A stretch of DNA of 64,000 nt from Octopus vulgaris. Lineage: Eukaryota. The position numbers and the translations under genes were made by a program. Below the pieces are notes generated by a model. It had not been told where the DNA came from. It did no database searches and saw nothing but the letters and a program-made list of their open reading frames with translations. Numbering within the stretch: position 1 is the first letter of the stretch; every line of letters starts with the position of its first letter. Positions 50,036-61,451 of the stretch are shown piece after piece. The stretch spans positions 34,782,001 through 34,846,000 of the forward strand of contig OX597832.1 in assembly GCA_951406725.2 (NCBI GenBank), written 5' to 3'.

Positions 50036-50759
50036 AGTGTATGGCAGAGTAGGAAACATATATATATATATATATATGGGTTGGACAGTTTAACCTGGCT
50101 GGCATGCTGCATCAGACTTCAGTCTTATTTGGAATGGTTTTCTACAGCTGGATGCCCTTCCTACCACCAAGTACTCTGAGAGTGTAATGGGTGCTTTTAC
50201 ATACCACCAGCATGGATGCCATTTGTGTTACATGGGTGGCTTTTACATGTCACTGGCACAGGTGCTGTCTGCATGACATCTGTATCTGCCATGACTGTGA
50301 TTTTACATAGGTTGATGAGTATGCTTCTCAAGGACAACATAATGCCAAAGAGCTGTCATTGCCTCCATGATGCCAAAGACTTGAAAGGAACTTAGCCACT
50401 TTGGCTTCATGAGACCTAACACTCAAAAAGAATTCAGCCACTTGCCTCCGTGAGGCCCAACGGTCAAATGGTGTTCTTTATGTGCCTCCAGCATGGGTGC
50501 CAGTCAACACAACTATGATTTCACTTGACTTGACGATTCCTCTCAAGCAAAATACATCATCAAAGGTCTCAGGAGTCTCTGTAATTTTTCTTCCACTGCT
50601 TGATAATTGATGGCTTGTTAACATCCCTGTAACTTAGCAGTTTATTCTAAAAAAAACAAACAATAGGAATGTACCATATTTTAAAAATGAAGTACTAAGA
50701 TGAATTTGCTTAAATTGGATTTATTTTTGTTTTCTTCCAGCCGCAAATCTTAATCAGGA

Positions 50760-51420
50760 AATTGTCAAAAAATGTACTTTTGATATAGTATTTTTAGACA
50801 GTCAGTTTTAAGCTAGTGTCCTCATTGCAGAATCCGAAACTGTTTGTTGTCATGGAAACTCCAGTGTATCATTATTTACTCATATTACTGTGGATGAAAG
50901 AATTGACAGCTGCTGAGTTTTGTAAGGAGGAATTAGGAACTGGTATCACTTTTGTAGTAATCTATAAAAACTACTTACTGGAGATCTGCCCAGAAGATTT
51001 GCTCTTCAATCCAATGAAGATTAATGGTGGTCTTGGCAGAATTGCTTCAGAAGATGAAACATTATTTTCAAGGAGAAAATACAACCAATGTCCGACTGTT
51101 ACCTAAACAGAGGGTTTTCAGTGATGTGTGTTGTGAAAATCAGGAATATTTCACTGTGCCCCCTTGAATTTGTGGTGCACTCATAGATTACATTCTGCAA
51201 TCAATTCTGCTGAGAACACCTATTTACAGTGACCTGTGACACACATACTCGAATGTTACTGAGATGTCAGAGTACCAATTATGTATTAGAATGGCGAAAT
51301 ATAGCATTGAGCTTGTAAACTTGTAGAATAGCTCTGCGATACTAATCGTTCTACAATAGATTTGTATTACTCTAAATTTTTGTAGCTTCGCCTGTATAAA
51401 AACGAGACTTGTTCTCAAAA
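50760..51420 (+). mobile_element. Merlin (IS1016-like DDE) transposase relic
   Basis: NYLLEIC...MKINGGLGRIASEDETLFSRRKYNQ resembles the Merlin IGGPG..VEIDES.F.RRKYN.G motif; IYSDL remnant follows. Confidence 0.72.
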
Positions 51421-51616
51421 ATATTGCAGTGCATACCTTAATTTCATTTATTTCATAACACTTTGTTTCATTTCATCATTGTTGTTTTTTATTGACAGTC
51501 CATGTATTTTCGTTTCATTTCGTCTGTTATTTCTAGCGGCACGTTGAAAATATTATTTCCTTATTATTTTGCTTTAATAAAAAACAAAAAATCTTATTTG
51601 AAAGAAAAGAAAATCT

Positions 51617-52070
51617 GGCGATGTTTCGCTTGTCGTAGCACACGTTTCCGTCGGTTTCCTCCGTCGATTTCCGTAAAAAAAGTAAACACTGAATCGGCCA
51701 TACATACATACATACATACATACATACATGCATGCACACATACATACACACACACATACATAGATACATACACACACACATACATGCAGACATACATATA
51801 CACATACACCGAGTAAAAAATTTCAGTTATCTCTCTCTTTCACACATTACTCTGTCTCTTCACACACACTAACAGAAGCACTTCACTTACACAACATACT
51901 GTCTGTCTCCCACACCCCATCAAACACACACACGGGGACTTCAAGGAGAAATTTCCTCGTCATAAAATCGCTTCCTCTTAGTCTCTTTCGCTCTCATTAC
52001 TTATGTAAAAAAATAAAAGTTTTTTACGGAAATCGACGGAAACTTGTGCTATGACAAGCGAAACATCGCC
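51617..52070. mobile_element. MITE with GG-terminal inverted repeats
   Basis: ggcgatgtttcgcttgtc.tagcaca...ccgtcgatttccgtaaaaaa matches its reverse complement at about 52020-52070. Confidence 0.8.
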
Positions 52071-52534
52071 TTAAACCTCTTTGTTAGTTATAACTTTCAT
52101 TAAATTCTTTCTTTTTATTCGAAAAAAAAAAAACTTCTCATTTTGTTTGTTTGTTTGGTGTTATTAACTAAAAAAAAAAACATTCAGTTTAGGCACTTCC
52201 CTTTTCAGTTTCAACGATGTTTGTTTCCATAGCAACTATGATATGAATCAATTACGACCCCTTGTAAAGAAACAGCTCATTTCATTGTCTAAAAACTTTA
52301 ATTGCTTCTATCTTGTATATAATAATTTATTTTCGAAAAAAAAAATGAATGCTAAACTACATTCGTGTAAAAACTCTGAAAACCATTCATTAAGAATCGA
52401 AAAATCTGTAAATGGTTGGGAGAAAACGAAAAAGAACTGTTTGACCTAACCTTTCAAAGCGGAACCCCAACATGGCTCGAGTCCAGGGGGGAGAAACGAG
52501 TAAAAGAGAAGAGATAAAAAAATAAATAAGTTAT

Positions 52535-52925
52535 TTTGGTAAGTAGCTTGCTAACCAACCACATGGTTGCGGGTTCAGTCCCACTGCGTGGCATCTTGGG
52601 CAAGTGTCTTCTGCTATAGCCCCGGGCCAACCAATGCCTTGTGAGTGGATTTGGTAGACGGAAACTGAAAGAAGCCTGTCGTATATATGTATATATATAT
52701 ATATGTGTGTGTGTGTGTTTGTGTTTGTCCCCCTAGCATTGCTTGACAACCGATGCTGGTGTGTCTACGTCCCCGCCACTTAGCGGTTCGGCAAAAGAGA
52801 CCGATAGAATAAGTACTGGGCTTACAAAGAATAAGTTCCGGGGTCGATTTGATCGACTAAAGGCGGTGCTCCAGCATGGCCGCAGTCAAATGACTGAAAC
52901 AAGTAAAAGAGTAAAAGAGTATAAA
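52535..52925 (+). mobile_element. tRNA-derived SINE, near full length
   Basis: tRNA-like head (tggtaagtagcttgc...ggttcagtcccactg), central gccttgtgagtggatttggtagacggaaactgaaagaagcc, internal (TA)(TG) tract and LINE-like tail. Confidence 0.85.
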
Positions 52926-53149
52926 AGAGTATTTCATAAGGATTTTTGAAAAAACACTAAACTGATTAGTTTTTGTATGGAACTATTTCTTACCTGATTG
53001 TTCATCCATACACAATTTTTACCATCTTTCAATTCTACTTCCGGTTTGTTACATGTCTCGATGCGTCGTAAGGTTTCAATGTCGTAAATTTGTGATATAA
53101 ATGTTGATACATCATAAAGTTACGTTTTTATGATATGGAAATACGTTTT

Positions 53150-53937
53150 GGATCTTTTCCTTTTGAACGGCACTTTTCAACACAATTTCTAGTTAACTAA
53201 ACACTTTTAAACTTCGTATACTGGTAGAATGTGTTTATAAAACATAATTTTTTCTTGGCTTTATTGAGAAAATTCTATATGTTGTAACATATTTCGTCTT
53301 TAATTTCGAGCATTTCTGCAATTTTAACCAATCGCTGACCTCCATTTAGTTAAATAACATTCTGTGCATAATGAATATGTCCCTCCTTTAAGAAACAGAT
53401 TGGGTTTATTTACATTTTTGAAGAAAAAAGATACCCTTCCGCACCCCTAACCCTAAATCTAAAATAGATTGAAATGCAATAGATCGATACTAGGGTTATA
53501 ATTATGGGTGACAATTTCATATGACACCGCTACGGAAAAAGGGATTTTTTTCTAGTAGTGTCAAATGAAAATGTCACCCATAATTATGGCCCCAGTATCG
53601 ATCTATTGCATTTCAATCTATTTTACATTTAGGGTTAGAGGTTGGGGAAGGGTATCTTTTTTTCTTCACAAATGTAAATAAACCCAATCTGTTTCTTAAA
53701 GGAGGGACATATTCATTATGCACAGAATGTTATTTACCTAAATGGAGGTCAGCGATTGGTTAAAATTGCTGAAATGCTCGAAATTAAAGACAAAATATCT
53801 TACAACCTATAGAATTTTTTCAATAGAGCCAAGAGAAAATGATGTCTTATTAACACATTCTACCAGTATAAGAAGTTTAAAACTTTTTAGTTACCTTGAA
53901 ATTATGTTACAAAGTGCCGTTCAAAAGGAAAAGATCC
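53150..53937. mobile_element. Foldback MITE of about 790 bp
   Basis: GGATCTTTTCCTTTTGAACGGCAC...GTGCCGTTCAAAAGGAAAAGATCC; arms of about 390 bp meet near 53540. Flanks tacgtttt / tacatttt suggest an 8 bp TSD. Confidence 0.88.
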
Positions 53938-54211
53938 TACATTTTTTATTCAGGAAACATAAAAGAGTTTGAATCCTTTTATAGGATTATGTTTATTTTT
54001 TTTTTCATCTGGACCGATCAGAACCACAACGTGATTTGAGATGTCTAAGAGCAGAATTCTGCTTTAAACATCCCATGTAGCCTTTTTAAATTTTGTAATT
54101 TTCACAAATTTTTTTGCGAATTTTTGTTCTACACACGGAAAATTCTGGAATATTACAAGTAGAAAAGAACTCCTTGTGTTATGAATCGCTGCATGTTGCA
54201 TTATATACATA

Positions 54212-54952
54212 TTCCGAATGCAACGCTCCGGATACACACAAGACGATAGAGTCAGGGTGTACAAAGGAGCGAAAGCTAGATTCGAACGCATTCTAAGGAA
54301 CGACGAAAACGGTATATGCCCCCTGTACCGCAACAAGTTCTGGAATAGGTTAGAGAGGGACACCAACAAAAAGATGAAAAACGTTACTTGGTACGATAAC
54401 AGGAGATTTCACGGAGTGATGTTCGTTGACGCCACACCTAAGAACGAGCTAAGTAAGGCATTCAAGAAAGTCCTGCGCACTACGGGCCTAAAAGTTAAAG
54501 TTGTAGAAAAGACAGGTAGGACTATCAAATCGGCATTATGCAGATCATATCCATTTGATAGAATCACCTGTCAAAGTAATTGTGCAGTATGTTCGACAAA
54601 TCCACATGTAAATTGTAAAACCAAGGGCACTGTATACCAGATTAAGTGCCAGGAGGGAGCTTGCGCGACTAACCCAGAGTCATACATAGGTGAGACCTCT
54701 AGAAGCATCAATGATAGGTTCAAAGAACACCTGGACAACTACATTGAAAGGAAGCCAAACTCCATCTTCTACCAACATGCTGTAGACTGCCACAAGGGAT
54801 CCTTAGGGGAGCTTAAGTTGAACATCCTATCATCCGATGCAATGTTGAGACAGGTCACAGAAGCTGTTTGTATACAAGAATACAAACCTACTCTCAACCG
54901 AAAGTCCGAATGGAATAACATCCAGATCCCATTCAGAAGGACTATTCTATAA
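54212..54952 (+). mobile_element. Penelope-like element (Neptune-type) C-terminus with GIY-YIG endonuclease
   Basis: Open 244 aa frame: MQRSGY...PLYR...MFVDATP...Cys cluster...GTVYQIKC...YIGETSRS...RFKEH...RQVTEAVCI...LNRKSEW. Confidence 0.88.
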
Positions 54953-56061
54953 CCACCCCTCTCTCTCTCCCTTTTACCTGTAGTCCTTACATACGGGTTG
55001 CAACGCGTATGTGCAGTTATATACAACGGTATGAGCAGACGTTGTTTGATACGAACAGTTGCACCTAGGCGTTGTATCCATTCACGGTTAGACGATGATG
55101 AGAGGAACAAACACACACCCACACACATATATATATATGTGTGTGTGCGTCTATACAAACATATATGTAAATATGTATACAACCTTCAGCAAAGTAACAG
55201 TCATGTACACAACTTGGACGGACACATGCCAGTACACGGACATACGTTCACATACACATACACATGTACACACTCTCACAGACACATCTGCCCATTCTCC
55301 TAGACACTCACATACATACGTAGCACATGAATACAAACATACATACATACCTACGTATGGGCATACACACGTACATACGCACACACATACATGGGCACAT
55401 GCACACGAGCGCGTATACATACGCACATGCGTACGTATGTACATACACACATACATACACACATACATACATACATACATACATACATACATACATACAT
55501 ACCCTACATACATACGTACGCACATACATACATACGCACAATAGTAAAACAATAGTTCTGTGATATAGAGATAAAAATCTGATAATAGATTTTAGGGTAT
55601 AGTTTTGGGAGTAAGCGTCATAAATCACTTTCTAGCTTCGGCCGTAGGAAGTTGAAATTTGATAGCTTTGTGATGAGTGGTCACTCTACATCCATCCATC
55701 GCTACAGGTTTATAGCTTTATGTTTTATAGAGTGTATGTGCGTGCATATACACACACATACATACATACATGCATACACAGGCGTATGTGCGTACATGCA
55801 TACGTACATACATACACACATGTATGCATACATACACACATACATACGTACATATATATGACGAACTAACTGTTACTTTCTTAGATGCAGCACGGATTTT
55901 AGCGACGAAAATATTTTGACAAATTAAACTTAAATGTTGAAGTGAATCGAACGGCTTTTGTGTGTTTCTTAAATGGCTTATAAACACCTTCCACGCTGCA
56001 ATTGTTTTCGTTTCAGCACACGATCTCAGATCAAATTACTTGCTATGCGAGTACATCTCCG

Positions 56062-56106
<45 letters not shown>

Positions 56107-57704
56107 TAAATTTTTATCTGAATACTTGTTAAGATTATTATCATCATCAGCAGAAGCAAATCTAAATAATTGATAATAATATCAACAATAACATTAGTCG
56201 TAGCAAGCGATATTAGCATAAAACAGATATACAATAATTCTGTTCCTCTCTTTTCATTTTTTTTCTTTTTAATTCTTTCAATTGAGTTCTCTGTTTTGTC
56301 TAATTTCTTAATTTAATTTTGTAAACGGTAAACACTGTGAAGGCAATAAATATATTAGAGGGTGCACGATGCACCAGCTTGCTAGAAAGTGGAAGTAACC
56401 CCCCCCTCCAACTTAACCACTAATCTCACTGAAAATATTCAATAGACTAACAGAAATTGGAGAAACAAGCAAAATTTAACATACTATTTCATCTAAAAAG
56501 GAGTAGAAGCCAAATAATAGCAGAAGAAATGGTAGAGAGAGGGAAAATAGAATGTCTGGACATCAGAGGATGGAGCAAGTCTGTGAGATACTTGATAGTT
56601 ATATCAGCTGGCCAAAGCATTGGGAGTAAAAATAGTTAAAAGGAAACTGTGTGGAACCCTGCTAAATGAAATACAAGTAATTTAAAGAGCCAACCTAGTC
56701 TCACATGAAATATGTAACCAATAAGGAGGAATGAAGAAGTCTGTGACCCACAGCTCCCCACTGCTCCCTGTCAATAAAATTATTCATTTGATATATAGTT
56801 TAATTTTGTTGTGACTTTCCACAATTTATTCAGCAAATGGTGTATTTTATCATGTATCACACTGATTCTGTCCCAGAATAACATTAAGGCCACATATATC
56901 TATGGAATACTTAACTACATTACACTATAATTAGATCCTGGACCTATAATTAAAAGGCCTAGCCATGTCACACTGGGTTGTACTGATTCTATTTATCAAT
57001 TATGTTGTGGGTACATGTGTGCTGTAGTATACTCAACCAGTTATATGTTAAAATATTGTGCAACCATAAGACTACAAGCTGACAGAATCATTAGCACACT
57101 AGTCAAAATGCTTTACATTCTGAGTTCAAATCCCACCTATGTTGACTTTACCTTTCATCCTTTCAGGGTTAATAAAATAAGTATCAGTTGAATGTGTAAC
57201 CAGTTCAGTTGATCATACGAATGGAATGATCATCCTAGAAACAGATGAAGATCCATTTCTTACAGTTATGGTTTATTTATATACATCAGCAAATGTGCCA
57301 ATGAGGTAATCTCTGTGATGTTGTTCCATTTGCTTGAAATAACAGCCAAATCTCCATCTCACTATGCTCTAACATTTTAAAAATGAAGGACATATTAAAT
57401 AATAATATAGCCTTCCAGCCATTTCCCTGTTCTTACTGACAGGCATTTACTGTATCCATTGCGAGTGCACCACCAGATCTGAAAACAGCAAAAAATATTT
57501 AGAAGAATATACTATAGTTGCATTGAGTTGCTGATTTGGTATCCTGATATGTATATAGAACTCTCAAAGTTAGTCTTGTGCAACCATGTAAAAATCATGA
57601 AATGAGAGATGAAAAAGCTGGCAACCATAAAAGGGGAATAACTACTATACACACAAGAAAAGTAGAATGTGGTTCTTGAAAAGTGAGCTGTATAACTTGC
57701 AGTT

Positions 57705-58210
57705 ATGAATATTCAACATATGTCCTATAAGAATGAAATACAATTCTTTGGGATAAACACGACAACCGGAAAACATCTAAACTTGAACAACTTAGAAGAA
57801 GCTTATACCTGTCTGAAACAGTTCAAAGCAAAAATTGATTCTGATGATGTTGAAGATGTCAAAAAGAAGCCAACATTTCTTTCTACCTGTGGAGTTGAAG
57901 TCATAATAAACTTAAAGGATGTTCCTTTCCCGGTAAGCCTTCAGAATGCAATACACCAACAAATAATGAATGTGTTACAGCAACTAATAAAGCTGAAAGA
58001 AAGACTGTTAAGTGCTGACAGATTAAAATTATTGGGACTGAAGCAACTGGTAAATGAGTCAATCAAAGACTTCCTTATTAGGATTAATTCTCAAGCTTCC
58101 TTCTATCATTCAAATAGGTTGAAAGAAAATCCAGAAGATATTATGAAACACATTATCATTACAGCATTGTCATCGCCAGAGACAAAGTTATGGTGTTTGC
58201 AGCATATACT
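57705..58210 (+). mobile_element. Gypsy-type LTR retrotransposon relic, gag-like part
   Basis: FLSTCGVEV...KER...KQLVNESIKDFLIRINSQAS resembles the gag QxxxESxxDF motif; collinear with the pol relic at 60.6-61.4 kb. Confidence 0.55.
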
Positions 58211-58364
58211 CTTTTACTCAAGCAAATCAACACCAGGATTTATTCTTTGTAAGCCTAATACTTATTCTATCAGTCTCTTTCACCAAACTGCTAAGTTACG
58301 GGGATGTAAACAGAACAGCATCAGTTGTCAAGCAATGTTTGAGGGACAAACACATACACACATA

Positions 58365-58505
58365 ATCATCATCATTTAACGTCCGTTTTCTGTGCTAGCA
58401 TGGGTTGGACGGTTTGACCGGGTTCTGGGAAGCCAGGAGGCTGCACCAGGCTCCAGTCAGTCTGATCTGGCAGTGTTTCTACAGTTGTATGCCCTTCCTA
58501 ACGCC
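58365..58505 (-). mobile_element. RTE 3' terminal fragment
   Basis: atcatcatcatttaacgtccg...gcccttcctaacgcc, then a long (TA)n tract at 58507-58730. Confidence 0.85.
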
Positions 58506-58579
<74 letters not shown>

Positions 58580-58582
58580 ATG

Positions 58583-58640
<58 letters not shown>

Positions 58641-58654
58641 CATGTATATGTATG

Positions 58655-58730
<76 letters not shown>

Positions 58731-58731
<1 letters not shown>

Positions 58732-60337
58732 GTAAGGTTAGGGTTGGCAACATGTACACAGAAGAATTCAAAGTAGAGGTTGGGGTCCACCAGGGTTCAG
58801 TACTCAGCCCCCTCCTATTTATCATAGTCCTCCAGGCAATTACGGAGGAATTCAAGACAGGTTGCCCCTGGGAGCTCCTCTACGCTGACGACCTTGCTAT
58901 AATTGCTGAGTCACTATCAGAACTGGAGGAGAAGTTCCAGGTGTGGAAGGAGGGTTTAGAATCGAGGGGCCTTAGAGTCAACCTAGCTAAAACCAAAGTA
59001 CTAATAAGTAGGAAGGTAGACAATCCACAAATGTCTTCAGCAAGATGGCCCTGCTCAATCTGTAGAAAAGGTGTAGGTAGAAACTCTATAAGATGTACCC
59101 AGTGTAAGCTATGGACACATAAGAGGTGCAGCAATGTCAAAGGTAGGCTAACTGGGAAGATAGTTTTTGTATGTGGCAGATGCTCGGGAGCATTAACCTC
59201 CGAAAATCTGCAGAAAACAACTTCCGTCACTTTCCAGGGGGAAAAACTAGAAGTAGTTGATAGCTTCCGTTATCTAGGAGACCAAGTCAGTAGTGGGGGT
59301 GGGTGCACTGAAAGTGTAACTGCTAGAATAAGAATAGCCTTGGCAAAGTTTAGGGAGCTCTTACCTCTGCTGGTGACTAAAGGCCTCTCGCTCAGATTAA
59401 AAGGCAGACTGTATGATGCATGTGTACGAACAGCCATGCTACATGGCAGTGAAACATGGGCCGTGACTGCTGAGGACATGCGTAAGCTCGTGAGGAATGA
59501 AGCCAGTATGCTCCGATGGATGTGTAATGTCAGTGTACATACTCGACAGAGCATTAGTACCTTGAGAGAAATGTACCTAAGAAGCATCAGTTGTGGTGTG
59601 CAAGAGAGACGATTGTGCTGGTATGGTCATGTGGCGAGAATGGATGAAGACAGGTGTGTGAGAAAGTGCCAATCCCTAGCAGTTGAGGGAAACCATGGAA
59701 GAGGTAGACCCAGGAAAACCTGGGACGAGGTGGTGAAGCACGACCTTCAAACTTTATGCCTCACTGAGGAAATGACCAGCGACCGAGACCTTTGGAAATA
59801 TGCTGTACGTGAGAAGACCAGGCAGGACAAGTGAGCCCAGCCCACTTATGAATGCCTTTCCTCCCTTGGACACAAAGACCTGTTGAGGCAAGCGAAGTCG
59901 ATATAGAACCTCATCCGACGACAGGCACCCATGCCAACCCCCTTTGCTTGCGAAGACATGTTGGGGCAAGCGAAAGTGAAATCGAAATCGAATTGAACCA
60001 GCCAGGATCCCTGGTCTGGTGGTACGTAAAAAGCACTATCCGACTCGTGGCCGATGCCAGCGCCGCCTCGACTGGCTTCTGTGCCGGTGGCACATAAAAT
60101 ACACCAATCTGACCGTGGCCGTTGCCAGCCTCGCCTGGCACCTGTGCAGGTGGCACGTAAAAAGCACCCACTACACTCACGGAGTGGTTGGCGTTAGGAA
60201 GGGCATCCAGCTGTAGAAACATTGCCAGATAAGACTGGAGTCTGGTGCAGCCTTCTGGCTTCCCAGATCCCCGGTCGAACCGTCCAACCCATGCTAGCAT
60301 GGAGAACGGATGATTAAACGATGATGATGATGATGAT
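58731..60337 (+). mobile_element. Young 5'-truncated RTE LINE with open RT C-terminal half
   Basis: Open frame to the stop at 59834, nearly identical to 22258-23322 including the PHD-like insert; 3' UTR and (GAT)n tail. Confidence 0.93.
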
Positions 60338-60599
60338 GTTATATATGTATGTGTATATATATATATACACACACACATATATACAACGAGCTTCTTTCAG
60401 TTTTCATTTACCAAATCCACTCAGAAGGATTTGGTCGGGCCGATGCTATAGTAGAAGACACTTGCCCAATGTGCCCTGCAGTGGGACTAAACCTGGAACC
60501 GTGTGGTTGGTAAGCAAGCTATTTACCACACAGCCACTCCTATGCCTATGGGAAAAATTGTAATAAGTGTGACAAATTAGGGCATTTTACAATATTTAG

Positions 60600-61430
60600 C
60601 CAATCAAGAAACAATCGCTGTGTGGACAACATACATGTATCTCCAAGCGAGACTGGATCCATCAACAGTTTGTTGCTAAACATGCATAAGAATGAGAGTG
60701 CAGATCATGCAGGTTTTTGCAAGTGCTTTATTTATAACAGAAACATAGATATGAAAGTGGATAATGGGGAAGCTTGTTTGATAGTATTCATTATCATTTG
60801 TTTCACATTTAGATATTGCAGATGAATCATTCCACAATAGATTACCCACTTTTGATGGTTCAGATCTAAAGGTTGTTGGATCTATGCGAGTGACATTTAA
60901 TCTCAACCACACTGATGGGCTGATTGGAAAAGATGTTAGTAAAGACAGTTTGTCTCGTTTCAGTTTGAACATGGATGTGTTCCTAGAGGTAAAAGATTTT
61001 GTAGCTCGAGTTAGTTGCTCTTATGCAAGGTATAGTGTAGTGAGTTTAGCAAGAAGTGTTCCAGTACATTTAGCAAAAGAAGTTAAAGATGCATCAAAGA
61101 GGTTGGAAATGATGGGTACCATAACTCTGTTGGATTACTCTGGAGTGAGATGTGCCTCACCTGTGGTATGGTTGAGAAATAAAAAGATGGATTTGTGTAA
61201 ATTACAAGGTTCATTTAAATACACATATTGACACCTATTCTTTTCTCATTCCATCAATTGACACTATTTTCTTTGATATGTCAGATGCAAAATCTTTCTT
61301 CACTCAATTCAAAGCATGTGTATTGGCAAATACAACCAATGGTCTCTACATGGTTAACAAACTTCAAATAGGCCTTAAGACATATTTCAGAACTGCATAG
61401 AAACTCTAACAAAAAGGATCGAAGGAGTAA
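60600..61430 (+). mobile_element. Gypsy-type pol relic (protease and RT N-terminus)
   Basis: MKVDNGEAC (decayed DTG protease motif), ARSVPVHLAKEVKDASKRLEMMGTI...ASPVV and IPSIDTIF (Gypsy RT motifs). Confidence 0.72.
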
Positions 61431-61451
61431 TTTTTTAATTTTTTAAAAAAT

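Larger units (their letters stand above)
58212..60550 (-). mobile_element. tRNA-derived SINE split by RTE insertions
   Basis: 3' half at 58212-58350 and head at 60385-60550. The RTE pieces sit in its internal microsatellite. Confidence 0.7.

Noticed and set aside
52535-52600. tRNA gene
   Set aside because: The A/B-box-like sequence is a SINE head, continuous with the SINE body, and does not form a full cloverleaf.
58392-58730. N-terminal part of the 480 aa ORF
   Set aside because: Antisense RTE tail plus (TA)n that happens to be in frame with the truncated RT; not a real N-terminus.
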